Shown piece by piece: positions 22,385-35,600 of a stretch of 64,000 nt of DNA. Under the pieces are notes generated by a model. That model searched no databases and was not told where the DNA came from. It saw nothing but the letters and a program-made list of their open reading frames with translations. The stretch lies in assembly GCA_043228905.1 (NCBI GenBank), contig JBHGNT010000017.1, positions 10,478,001 to 10,542,000 on the forward strand, read 5' to 3'. The DNA comes from Azolla caroliniana. Lineage: Eukaryota; Plantae; Polypodiophyta. Made by a program: the position numbers and the translations under genes. Position 1 is the stretch's first letter. Every line of letters begins with the position of its first letter.

Positions 22385-23591
22385 TGTTGTGAAGATTTTC
22401 GGCGATAGTGTGAAAATTGTAAGGAACATTCGAAATTGAGTGTGGCTTTTCTCACGAGAAAAAAAAAACAATAATAGTGAAGATAATATTTTGAATAAGT
22501 TTAATATCTAGGTACAAAAAGATGGAGGTCTTCAAGAGCTTTCAAATTTGCTTTACCACATAAAAAACGGACATCTAAGTGACAAGTTATGTGGGAGTAA
22601 AGTATGAGAAGGAAAAAGAGAAAAATAAAACTGTGAGATATCCCACATAGACAGGACAAACAAGGACCCTACAATATATAAAGTAGAGCAAAAGCTATTA
22701 TCTTTGTGTCTATGTGTGGAGCATAGAGAGTTCAAGGGGACTTGAATAAAGTTAATATGATGAATGAGTGTGGCCTAGCTACAAGTTCTGGCCAACCGAA
22801 ATCGGACCGACGACAGAGCCGGTGAGCCGGCGACGGAGGCGACAACCGGCGGCATCCGACGACTGGATAGATATATAAATAAATAAATAAATATATGTAT
22901 ATACAAGGAGTGCAAGTGTGCATTTAAACCTTGCACCTCCAAGTTGAGAGTCTATAGGCTTACCATTAAGCGAAGACATTTAATCTTTCGTCATATCAAT
23001 CTTTCTCAATCTAAAGTCAAGCGTTTAATCTTAATCTCTCTCTCTCAAATTATCAGAAATACTCTCTCGCTAAAGTTTGTGCCAACTTCGAATCCTTTCG
23101 GTCCAGAACCCCGGCGATTCCACCTCGCGATCCGCGCTTAGTGACGGATCTTGACGACATAATAAAGTGGTGAACTCGACGTGAAAGAGGCGGTAGGAAG
23201 GATCAAGTCGACACCAATACTTGGAGATGGCGTCCTCGAGCAATCAAGCGGGAGACTTCAAAAGGATGATGTTGATCGTCGAACAAATGATGAGATCTCG
23301 AGACAACGATGCGAGCGTGGAGAAGGCCGTTGACCGTGTCGTAGAGCTCGAGGGCCAATTTGAGGGGAGGAACGTTACGAAGTTCCTTAATGCATACAAA
23401 AGGGAGATAAATCAAAGAGACGTGTCTAAAGCACGATATATCATGAGTTTCAAAAGGGTAATCACCAACAACATCCAAACACGCGTCATCGAGCTTCAAG
23501 AAGGTAAGACAACATGGTGTTAGGAAACAGGTCCCTCCGAATGGGAAGTGAGAAGAACAGTACTGATGAGCAAACTCGGCCGAGGCTGAAA

Positions 23592-24050
23592 TCGGATGTG
23601 GAGTACCCGGCTACGAAAGACCCGGTGAGAACCAGATGTGGTGTACCCGGCAAGCGCCGGATGAGGAGTACTCGGCTACAGAAGACCCTGTGTGAACCGG
23701 ATGAGGAGTACCCGGCTACCGAAGACCCTGTGTGAACCGGATGAGGAGTACGCGGCTACGGAAGACCCGGTGTGAACCAGATGTGGAGTACCCGGCTACG
23801 GAAGACCCGGTGATAACCGGATGTGGTGTACCCGGCAAGCGTCGGATGAGAAGTACCCGGCTACGGAAGACCCTGTGTGAACCGGATGAGGAGTACCCGG
23901 CTACGGAAGACCCGGTGTGAACCGGATGTGGAGTACCCGCCTACTGAAGACCCGGTGAGAACCAGATGTGGTGTACCCGGCAAGCGCCGGATGAGGAGTA
24001 CCCGCCTACGGAAGACTCGGTGTGAACCGGATGAGGAGTACCCGGTGAGA
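23592..24050 (+). repeat. Higher-order tandem repeat of 40-bp and 25-bp CCGG-rich units
   Basis: CCGGATGAGGAGTACCCGGCTACGGAAGACCCGGTGTGAA interspersed with CCGGATGTGGTGTACCCGGCAAGCG. Confidence 0.9.
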
Positions 24051-24767
24051 AGTGTTCACCGGATGAAGGGACATATTTGTAAATATGTTTTTGAGAGTCC
24101 ATCAGGGCTATATTTGTAAATAGTCAAAAAGTCATATTAGTATAAATATGACTTAGGGCAAACAGAGAATAGTGTTGTTGCCATTCTTGTTGGTGCAAGA
24201 TTAGAGAGAGAGAGAGGAAGAGGTCGTTGCCTCTATTGTAACCGCCGCTTGTCGCGAAGATGTCGGGAACTACCCGTCCCCTATGCACAACGCTCGGCCA
24301 CAACCAAGCTTAGAATCATACACACACAAAAAACAGGAATGAATGCACGACACAGTGAAGAGAAGAGTACACATGATGTTTACGTGGAAAGCCCAAACTA
24401 GGGAAAAAACCACGGCAGTCCACAGGCTGCAAACTATCACTATGTTACAGTGTACAACAGTAAAGCACCGAGGCAACAACCTGGAGCTTTCTATCTTCGC
24501 CACAGGCGGCAGTTACAACAGAGGCAACGACCTCTTCCTCTCTTTCTCTCCCTCTCTGTACATAGTTACGCGCTCTGATCTCTTGCGCCAACAAGAATGA
24601 CAACCACTCTCTAAAAGTTTGCCCTAAGTCATATTTATACTAATATGACTTTTCGGCTATTTACAAATATAGCCACGATGGGCTCTCAGAAACATATTTA
24701 CGAATATGTCTCTTCATCCGGTGAGCACTCCTCATCGGGTCTACACCATCCGGCTCTCCGTAGCCGG

Positions 24768-25682
24768 TGTCGCGAAAATACGACGAGGATATGTGAACGT
24801 TGAGGCAAGACCCTGGGGCCTTTGTCTAGAGGATATCAAATTCGTGTATTTATATACTAAGAATTAACCGAAATGAGAAAGATTAACAAATTTCATTAAT
24901 AAAAGGGAAAGAAAGATTACAATCAATCCCAAGATTAGGATTACAAAAGTTTTATCTTATGGAGATGATTAGAATAATAGATAAGAGGAAATAAGAGATT
25001 ATGATTCTTGAGTGATATGGCTTTGACAAGGAATTTTGGATTTTGAGAGATTGCTTCCGTATGGAAATTATGGTTTACTTGAGAGATAGCTTCCATAGGG
25101 AAGATTAGGGTTATTGGCTTCGATAAGATAAGAGAGCTCCCCCAAAAAAAGAAATTTTTTTTTAGATAATATGGAGAGTGAGTCCTAGTGTAGGAAAACA
25201 AATGGAATAAATATGGAGTTCTCCCTTGATCATAGCCTTTCCACTTTTTGTTGCATGGCCTCTACCTTTTAGTTGCCTAGCTTTTTTTTTTGGCTGCATG
25301 TGACTGTCCACATGACCTTTACTTTTTCTATGCACTCCTTCTTTAGTTGCTTGCGTCCACATGGCCTTTACTTTAGTTCTCTTCACTTTACTTTAGTTTG
25401 TTGCATGATCCAATCTTTCGTCCGTCCGCGTCCAACCTCGTCCGGTAGCCGGTTCCATTTTGCTTGCCGGTCGGTTCCGGTTCTGATTTTGCTTGCTGGC
25501 CGGTTCCGATTCCAGTTTTGCTTGCCGGTTCCGGTTCCCGTTTTGTATTTCTCCATTTTGTATATAGTAAAATACATTTTGAAGCTCTTGAGTATATCCA
25601 TCTTTCTATAGTAAGGTACTAATCTAATCTATAATAATTATTTCATTATTTTTTTACACAGTGTGTGAAGATTCACATGACA
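24768..25682. mobile_element. Solo LTR (family S) inside the F 3' LTR
   Basis: TGTCGCGAAAATACG..CATGACA; TSD CCGG/CCGA; homologous to 33371-34976. Confidence 0.88.
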
Positions 25683-25822
25683 CCGAGTACTCCTCATCCG
25701 GTTCTCACTGGGTCTACACCATCCGACTCTCCGAAGCCGGGTACTCCTCATCCGGTTTGCTCATCAAGACTATTCTTCTCCCTTCCCATCCGGAGGGACC
25801 TGTCTCCCAACAAACTCCCCCT

Positions 25823-28800
25823 TCACTCCGGCATGGGGTGTCTTACTAGTCCGATCCGCTTCCAGCATGCATCCAGCTTGTCGGGTATCAACACTTTGGT
25901 CAGCATATCTGACCCGTTCTCGGCCGTGTGAATCTTCGTCAGCTTGAACTCCTTGTCATCTACTCTTTCCCGGATCCAGTGATACCTTCGCTGGATATGC
26001 TTCGTCCGGGAATGGTAGGCCGCATTCTTAGCAAGGTGGATGGCACTTTGACTGTCGCAATAGAGCCGGTATTCATCTTGCCGGATATTGAGCTCTTCGA
26101 TGAAGTCATTCATCCATAATATTTCCTTGCCAGCTTCCACAGCCGCCATGTACTCCGCCTCCGTGGTTGACAACGCAACCGTCTTCTGCAACTTCGACTG
26201 CCACGAAATAGCTCCCCCTGCATATGTCATTACATACCCGGATGTAGACCAGCTGGTATCCACATCAGCCGACATGTTCGAATCGGTGAAACCGTCAAGT
26301 TGTGGTTTTCCGGAGCCGAATCGGAGACACATGTTTGAAGTGCCCTGAAGTACCGGAGTATCCATTTGACCGCATTCTAGTGCTCCTTGCCGAGATTGCT
26401 CATGAACCGGCTCACCACTCCAACTGCGTATCCTATATCTGGCCGGGTACACACTATTGCGTACATTAAGCTCCTGACGGCAGAGGCATATGGAACCTTC
26501 GTCATATCAGCCTTCTTTGCTTTCGTATTCGGACTTTGCTTACCGGATAACCTGTAATTTGCTGGAAGTGTCGACCCGACTAGTTTTGCATTTGACATGT
26601 TGAAACGTTTAAGCACCTTTGTCAAGTATTTCTCCTGTGACAGCCACAGTTGCTTCGTTGGCCGGTTCCGGATGATATGCATCCCCAGCATTTGTCTTGC
26701 CGAACCCAAGTCTTTCATTGAGAAGGTCCGGTTGAGAGCCTTCTTCAGCATCCGTATTTTAGCTTGGTCCCGTCCGACGATCAACATGTCGTCCATATAC
26801 AGAAGGAGTATCAGGAAGTCGCCTCCTTCAAACTTCTTCACAAACACGCAGTGATCGGCTTGCGTCTTGTGGTACCCTTGATCGGTCATGAAGGAGTCGA
26901 ACTTCCGGTACCATTGTCGGGGAGCCTGCTTCAGTCCGTACAGGCTCTTCTTCAACTAGCACAGCAGGTGCTCCTTCCCTTTCACCACGAATCCTTCCGG
27001 TTGCTGCATGTAGATCTCCTCTTCGAGATCACCGTGAAGAAATGTCGTCTTCATGTCCAACTGCTCTACCTCGAGGTCCATGCTTGCCGCTATACTCAGC
27101 ACCGTCCGGATGGAGGTCATCTTTACTACCGGGGCAAATATCTCGTCGAACTCCACGCCCTTCTTCTGCTGGAACCCCTTCACCACGATCCTGGCTTTGT
27201 ATCTCGGGGGGTTACCGACATCTCCCAGTTTCAACTTGTACACCCACTTGTTTCGGAGTGCCCACTTTCCTTTTGGCAAGTCCACCAGTTCGTACGTATG
27301 GTTCTCATGCAAGGAATCCATCTCATCTTGCATGGCATTTAACCATTTTCGGCTGTGGGTGTCATCCTTCGCTTCTTCGAAGCTTTCTGGCTCCCCCTCA
27401 TCGATTAGCAGCACATGCTCTGCATCCGGAAATCTCCAGGGGACCCTTCTCTCTCTGAGAGGATATCTCTGTCTCTGGTCTTCAGTAACCGGCTCCTCCA
27501 TTTGCTCTTCATCCGAATCCGATTCGGGGTCTTGGCTGGTTTCGGTTTCAGCTTCCTCTACTTCTTCTTCTGCCGGTTTGGTATCCTCATGATAACCGGC
27601 TGGCTCCTCGAGTGCTAACCGGTCTCTTGCCGGCTGGGTCTGCTCATCGTAGAATTGATCCTTACTGGTCGACTCGGAGTTCATTATCTTCTTCTCCGAC
27701 TCACAGTCGGCGAGCGTTTTGTCCTCCATGAAGATAATATCTCGACTCCGGAATACCTTCTTGTCGACCTGGTCCCACACTCGGTAGCCGAACTCATCGT
27801 CGCCATAACCGAGGAATATGCATGGCCGGGTCTTTGGATCTAACTTTCCCCTCTGGTCCTTAGCTACATGCACGTACGCGAGACACCCGAATACCTTCAA
27901 ATGCCGGTAGGACACTTCTTTCCCAGTCCATAGTCTCTGTGGCGTTTCTCCGTCCAAGGGTACTGAGGGTGATCTGTTTATCACATATGTCGTTGTCGAT
28001 AGTGCCTCAGCCCAAAACTTCTTGGGTAGTTTTGCACGCACCAGCATACTCCAGACCCTCTCCATTATGGTCCGGTTCATCCTCTCGGCCAGGCCGTTTA
28101 GTTCCGGCGTCTTCGGCACGGTAAATTCGAGCCGGATTCCCTTCGAGCGACAGTACTCCTCGAACTGCCCCCGGTATTCACCTCTGTTATCTGCTCGAAC
28201 CGCCTTCAGCTTCCGGCCGGTTTCTCTTTCCAGTCTCGCGTGGAGCTCTTTGAAGAAAGATAGCACTTGATCCTTCATCTTCAATGGTGTGGCCCACAGC
28301 TTTCGGCTATGGTCATCTATGAACGTCACGAAGTACTGCGCTAGGGCATGTGACTTCGTGTCCACTTGACACACATCCGTATGCACCAACTCCAGTGGCA
28401 TATTACGTCTCATTGGTGGCCTTGGTTGGAAGGAGGTCCGGTTTTGCTTACCGGCCAGACAATCAGTGCACTTCTCTAAGTGCACGTTCTTCACTAGAAT
28501 GAGGTTGTCGTCTGCAAGCCTCTTCATCCCCTTCTCACACATTTGACATAGCCTTTTGTGCCACAGCTCACCGGCAGTGTCGGATGCCACGTTCACCTCC
28601 TCCGGACATAACCGAGCATTCATCAGGTACAGTGTGTTGACCTTCCGGGCCCGAGCCACAATCATGCTCCCTTTGCTGAACTTCATGACACGGTTCCGAA
28701 TGCTACCCGTGTAGCCTTCATCATCTAGCCGACCGACTGATATCAGGTTCAGGCGAACCTCCGGAACGTGTCGGACATCCTTTAGAAGCATCTTGCATCC

Positions 28801-29854
28801 GGTTGGTGTCGTCAGCCACACGTCTCCTAAGCCGACAATTCGGCATGTACCTTCATTCCCCATCCGGACACAACCGTGATCACCAGCTGTGTAGGGTGAG
28901 AAGCATTTACGATCCGGGGTAAGGTGGAACGACGCTCCGGAGTCGACCACCTAGGTCATCTCGTCGCCAGCAAGGTTTATCTCACTCTCCTCAGTGATTG
29001 CCGTTGTTCAACTCTTCTTCACTTGTCGTGATTGCCGTCGTTCCCTTCCGGTCTTTACCGTTCCGGTCCAGTGTCCGCTTCGAATCGGTACCGTCGGTTT
29101 CCTTGTCTTTCCGGAAATGGCGACAGTTCTTCTGGAAGTGTGCCGGCTTGCCACAATAGAAGCAAGATGGCCTCCCCCTTGACTTTGAACGTGTCCCCGA
29201 CTTTTCCCGGTTCTGGGGACTACGGTTTCTATGTCTTCCGCGTTCCGATTCGGTAAGGAGTGCTTTGGAGTCGAAGCTCATATCCTTATCTTTCCGACGC
29301 GCCTCCTCATCTAGCAAGCTCGACTTCACTCTTGCTAGGGATAATCGTTTTCCTTCCGGCCCGGCGTTGCCCAAAGTCACAACCAACGTCTCCCGGCTAT
29401 CCGGGAGGGAACCGAGCAGGAGTAGCGCTAGTACCTCATCGGCGAGAGGTACTTCCAATGATGTTACCTGGTGAATCAGCCCCTGGAAGGCATTCATGTG
29501 CTCCGCCATGCTGGAGCCATCTTGGTACCGGAGTCTTACTAGCTTCCGGAATACCGAAACCTGATTAACAACATTTTTGTTCTGAAACATAATGCCGATC
29601 TTCTCCCAGAGCTCATGAGCCTTGCTCTCTTCATTGAAGTTGTTGTATAGACTCATGTCGATGAAGCACTGTATGTAGGCCGGTTTCTTCATGTGCGTCA
29701 CCTCCCATATCGTGGCGTCGATTTTGTCCGGTCTCTTGTCCCCAAACTAAACCGGCAACCAAAGATCTTTAACCACGAGCATGTCCCTCATCTTCGACTT
29801 CCACACTGAATAGTTCGCGGTGAGCTTGAACATGCCTCCCAACGAATCGTCCAT
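25823..29854 (-). pseudogene. F gag-pol with several stops and frameshifts
   Basis: Protease, integrase, RT and RNase H closely similar to those of A1. Confidence 0.93.
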
Positions 29855-32644
29855 TTTCGGTGTCGTTTCGCTTTGATACCACTTTGTCGGGAACTACCCG
29901 TCCCCTATGCGCAACGCTTGGCCACAACCGAGCTTAGAATCATACACACACAAAAAACAGGAATGAATGCACGACACAGTGAAGAGAAGAGTACACAGGA
30001 TGTTTACGTGGAAAACCCAAACTAGGGAAAAAACCACGGCAGTCCACAGGCTGCAAACTATCACTATGTTACAGTGTACAACAGTAAAGCACCGAGGCAA
30101 CAACCTCGAGCTTTCTATCTTCGCCATAGGCGGCGGTTACAACAGAGGCAACGACCTCTTCCTCTCTCTCTCTCCCTCTCTGTACATAGTTACGCGCTCT
30201 GATCTCTTGCGCCAACAAGAATGACAACCACTCTCTAAAAGTTTGCCCTAAGTCATATTTATACTAATATGACTTTTCGGCTATTTACAAATATAGCCAC
30301 GATGGGCTCTCAGAAACATATTTACGAATATGTCTCTTCATCCGGTGAGCACTCCTCACCGGGTCTGCACCATCCGGCTCTCCGTAGCCGGGTACTCCTC
30401 ATCCGGTTCTCACCGGGTCTGCACCATCCGGCTCTCCGAAGCCGGGTACTCCTCATCCGGTTTGGTCATTAGGACTGTTCTTCTCCCTTCCCATCCGGAG
30501 GGACCTGTCTCCCAACAGAAGATCGTCAGCACAAGGTTGTTGCCTCCGTGAACTCACTATTGTAATCATTGTGATATAGTGATAGTTTGGAGTCAGTGGA
30601 CTCCCGTGGTTTTTCCCTCTCAGGGTTCTCCACGTTAAACATCCTGTGCACTCTTCTCTTACCTTTGCGTCGTGTGTTCATTCCCCATTTTCTGTGTTTG
30701 ATTCTAAGCTCGGTTGAGGCCGAGCATTACGCAGGGAGCGTGTAATTTCTGTCACATGGTCCAAGTTTGAGAAAGCAATATTAGCGGAGTTCGTGACTGA
30801 AGACTCAACGAGGATGACTCGACATGCCCTGATGAAGTGGATAGAGAAGAAGAAGAATAAGAAGATGAGCGCCTCGGGGGTGTACGACGAATTCGACCAA
30901 ATGTTTAGTCGTCTCCCCAACACGGACCAAGTGCTTCTTGAGGAGGACAAGACTTTGTACTTCTTGAAAGTTCTGGACATGAAGGATAGACGAGAATTGG
31001 GGACTCTTCTCAAAGATGATACCCAAGAAAATGGGCTTGTGGCGGACTAGGTTACAGTGAAGCGAGCATGCAATAGGCTCGACAAGCGTCGTCAGTGGGT
31101 TGATGACACCGACTTGGCGGGATCAACTGTTGCGGAGAAAACAAGACAACCGAAAGTAGTTGAGACGCCCAAACAAAGCAGCCCAGAAGAAAAGAAGATT
31201 GATGACAACATAATCGAAGAACTGGCAAAGAAGTTCGAGACGGTTATGCTAGCCAACATGAATCATCGGGGGCCCAAAGGAAAAGAACCCTTTAGATGCG
31301 TGTGGTGCGATGGCATGGACCAAATGAGAAGAGATTGTTCGAGCCTTCGAGACACCATTCGACAAAATATCGTGTACATAGATAACAACATGATCTGCTC
31401 GAGCGAGACTAGAAGTCCCCTACGGGTCAATTTCGGAAGAGGAGGAATGAATTAAGCTATGGAGGATGCTGATGCGACTCATGTGGATGCGATGCTTATG
31501 CTGCGTCGGCCAGAATAAGAGTCGGGAAAGACAAGACTGAAGCTGCTAGAGCGGGAGCAAAGTTTTGGACTTCCGTTCTCGAATATGAGAAGAAGGGAAA
31601 AGTCACTTTGAACGAAGTAGAGCTTGCGGCTCGAAGTGTACAAAGTATAACCGGATGGTCGGATCCGGTGGATGACAACACCATACTTGCGGGAGTGATG
31701 TGCGACAACCACGAGGTGTTCGTCGAAGAAGAATAGAAGAGCAAGGCCCATAAAAAAGACATGAAACAAGGAACGCGAAAAAGAAAGAAGATGTAGAGAC
31801 GAGTCGACCCTTGCAAATGGAGGAAGGAGACGCAAGCCAAAAAGCGGAGTCGAGCAAACGAGTTGAAGAAACGGTTCGGCCCGTGAAGATTGGTGTGGAA
31901 GACCCCGCTCGAATGACAAGGACTATGCCTACCTATAAGCTAAGGTCGGACGACTGACCTAAAGAAGATTCTCGAGGAACGTGTTCTTGACAGCCATGTG
32001 ACTTTGTCCTTGAGGGAATTGCTTGGCATTACGAACTAGGAGTTCCATGACATGATCGTGGACCTTGTAAAGAGAAAAAGACAACAGTCGGACGAGGAAG
32101 AAGAGAAGCCGCAAAAAGCAAAAACGAATGCCATAACGATGGCAAGAGACGAAGTCGATGAAGATATGGTGGACAACCACTACACTCGACCTCATTGGGC
32201 ACGAGCGACAACGGAGACGCCGGTGAAGATCGGGGAGAACAAAGAGACCGTGGTAGCCTTGATCGACCACGGCTCGGAGATCAACCTCATGTCAACTGAC
32301 TTCTACAGAAAAGGAAGATGGACAATCAATACAAATCACGGATGGAAGATTCATGCGGCAACAAAGACTACGGAGGACTTGTACGGAGCTTGTCCCAATG
32401 TTAAAGTCATGATCGGGGATGTGGAGATGGATCAACACTTCTTCATGCAAGAATTGGCGTCGCATCCTGTCATCCTAGGACAACCGTATATCACATCATC
32501 TCGGATCGAGACCAAAGTGTTCGATAATGGAGCAGCCTTCGCACGAATAAAGAGTCTTGACAACCAAAGATCAATCCAATTCCTAATGGTGCGAGAGAAT
32601 CATGAAAGAAATCGAGATAGTCTTGGAGGCGAATCCCCGGAATT

Positions 32645-35600
32645 TTAGAACAGACAATTGAAGCATGGGGCACAAATAGTCCGAGCAATCGCAAGTCCCC
32701 ACAAGAAAGTAGAGTGTGTGGATTGCAAGGAGAAGCAACATGTGTCACACCTAGTGGCACATGTAAACTAGTACTACCCGACAAGAAGGACAAGCATCGG
32801 ATACAAAATTTCGAGAAGATGCTGAAAGAAGAAAACATAATAGAAGAAGAAGAGTTCGTGACTCATATTATGGAAGAAGCCTCATTTAACGACACCATCG
32901 GCGAAATCGAGGACGTCGTGGACTTGAGCTATCTTCACGATCATCACGTGATTTCGGTTAGCTCCATCAACATGTACGTTATCATCGATGAATATCATTG
33001 AAGCATCTTGATGAAGGAAGCTGACGTCAACACAAAATATAAAACGGTGGATAAGAAGGTCAAGCTAGTTGCAGTTCCGCTACCAGAAGATACCTGGCAA
33101 AAGATGAAGGAAGTCGCTAACAATCCAAGCTTAAGAGATCTAAAGACAATAGGTCATGTCTTCACCAAAGAGACGAAGGGAAACTACGAGTTGGAAGGGA
33201 GGATTTCCTTCTCCCTGAAGAGGAGCGAATGTTTCGCGACATGCTTGAGAGACATGGGATAGCTTTCGCATTTTTCCCACGAGAAATCGGATGTGCTGAT
33301 CCAAGGACGATAGAGCCAATGGTGATCTTCACGGTGCCGCATGTGCCTTGGAATGTGAAACTGATACCGGTGTCGCGAAAATACGACGAGGATACGTGAA
33401 TATTGAGGCAAGACCCCGGGGCCTTTGACTAGAGGATATCAAATTCGTGTATCTATGTACTAAGAATTAACCGAAATGAGAAAGATTAACAAATTTCATT
33501 AACAAGTAGAAAGGAAAATTACAATTAATCCCTAGATTAGGATTACAAAAAGTTTGCTAATGGAGATGGCTAGAGTAATAGATTAGAGGAAATTAAGATA
33601 TGAATTCTATAGAAAATTAGGGTTTTTGGCTTTGATAAGAGATTATGGTTTTATGAGTTGAATAGCTTCCGTATGAAAATTTAGAGTTATGAGTAAGATA
33701 TGGCTTCCGTAAGGAAATTCGGGTTTTACTTGAGAGATATGGCTTCGATAAGATAGGGAAAATTAGGATTAGGTTATATGAGTATTATGGCTTCCATAGG
33801 GAAGATTAAGGTTTTTCAGTGTTATGGCTTCCGTAGGGAAGATTAGGATTAGTGAGAGTTATGGCTTCCCTAAGATAAGGTAGCTGAGAAGGAAAAGAAA
33901 ATTAATTGAGATAATATGGTGAGAGTCCGAGTGTAGGAAAAAAAATGGAATATATATGGAGTTCTCCCTTGATCATAGCCTTTCCACTTTTTGTTGCATG
34001 GCCTCTACTTTTAGTTGCTTAGCTTTTTCTTTTAGTTGCATCTATTTTTAGTTGCATGGCTTTTTCGTTTAGTTGCATGTGACCGTCCACCTGACCTTTA
34101 CTTTTTGCATGCACTCCAACTTTAGTTGCTTGCGTCCACATGGCCTTTACTTTAGTTCTCTTCACTTTACTTTAGTTTGTTGCATGATCCAGTCTTCCGT
34201 CCGTCCGCGTCCAACCTCGTCCGGTAGCCGGTTTCGTCCGATCGCCGAATCCCTCGCCGGCCGGTTCCATTTTGCTTGCCGGTTGCGGTTGCGGTTTTGC
34301 TTACCGGCCGGTTTCCGGTTTTTCTTGCCAGCCGGTTCCGGTTCCGGTTTGCTTGCCGGTTCCGGTTCCAGTTTTGCTTGCCGGCCGGTTCCGGTTCCGG
34401 TTTGCTTGCCAGTTCCGGTTCCGGTTCCGGTTTTGCTTATCGGCCGGTTTCCGGTTTGCATACCGGCCAATTCCGGTTCCGATTCCGATTTGCTTGCCGG
34501 TTCCGGTTCCGGTTTTGCTTGCCGGCCGGTTTCCGGTTTGCATACCAACCGATTTCCGATTTGCATACCGGCCGGTTTCCGGTTCCAGTTTGCTTGCCAA
34601 TTCCGGTTCCAGTTTACCTACCGGCCGGTTTCCAGATTTGCTTACCGGCCGGTTTCCGGTTTTAAGAAATTTGCCCACCATCATCCATCAAGACAAGGTG
34701 GCCAAAGTGCTCTTAGCACAAATAAAGAATGAGGGAGCTCAAGGTGCTTATATAGCCAGGGCCTTAACTTTCCTATCTTTGTGAGATAGTTCTAATTTTC
34801 CTATCTTCTCAAACTTTATTTTCACATAACTTGATATGTATTTCTCCATTTTGTATATAGTAAAAAACGTTTTGAAGCTCTTGAGTATATCCATCTTTCT
34901 ATAGTAAGCTACTAATCTAATCTATAATAATTATTTCATTATTTTTTTTACATTGTGTGTGAAAATTCACACGACACCGGTTCCGAGAGCACACCTACCG
35001 AAGCTGATCGAGCTCTTAAAGGAGAAAGTGAATATGGGAATTCTGGAACCGTCAAATGCTCCTTATTCCAATAGTTGGTTCACGGTGCCGAAGAAGAATG
35101 GATCATTGCAATTCATCCAAGATCTTCAACCTGTCAACAAGGTGACAATTTGAAATGCCGGAATCGGTCTGAGTGTGGACGAATTTGCCGAGGCGTTTGC
35201 GGGCCGGTCCATCTACTCCATTGGCGATCTGTACTCCGGGTATGAACAATTCCAATTGGTGATCAACAATCGTGACATTAAAACCATGAGGACTCCGATC
35301 GGGCTTGTGCGGATGTGTACCTTACCTCAAGGCGCAACGAACTCGGTCGCTCATATGGTGAATGCCATGAACAAAGTCTTGAAGGATTGTATCCTGGACA
35401 TCACGATGCCATTCTTGGATGATATTCCAATAAAAGGATGTTCGGATGAGGAGGAAGATGAATCGAAAGATAAGGAAGGGTGTAGAAAGTTCGTCGCGGA
35501 TCATATGAAAGATTGCGAGAAGGTGCTTCAAAGGCTCGAAGATGCGAATTTGACATTTTCGGGAGAAAAATCCGCATTCGGGCAACCAAAGATCTTGGTG

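Larger units (their letters stand above)
24261..30517 (-). mobile_element. Full-length Copia element F (Tnt1/Tork-like)
   Basis: LTRs 24261-24767 + 25683-25812 and 29885-30517; TSD GAAGA; PBS TGGTATCAAAGC 29881-29870; PPT GAAGGGGGAG. Confidence 0.95.
23518..30754 (+). mobile_element. Copia solo LTR E (23518-24260 + 30518-30754)
   Basis: TG..CA ends; TSD CATGG; related to the LTRs of A1 and F. Confidence 0.88.
23227..32648 (+). pseudogene. B gag-protease (23227-23517 + 30760-32648)
   Basis: KTTW|SKFEKA restored across TSD CATGG; CVWCD..C knuckle; ALIDHGSEINL. Confidence 0.85.

Noticed and set aside
23592-24050. CRISPR-like regular repeats (also 3871-3975 and 3085-3720)
   Set aside because: Units are contiguous with no unique spacers, lie inside LTRs, and there are no cas genes
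34073-34784. ORFs in several frames (GTGTG, FRFRF peptides)
   Set aside because: Artefact of the stop-free CCGGTT array inside a solo LTR
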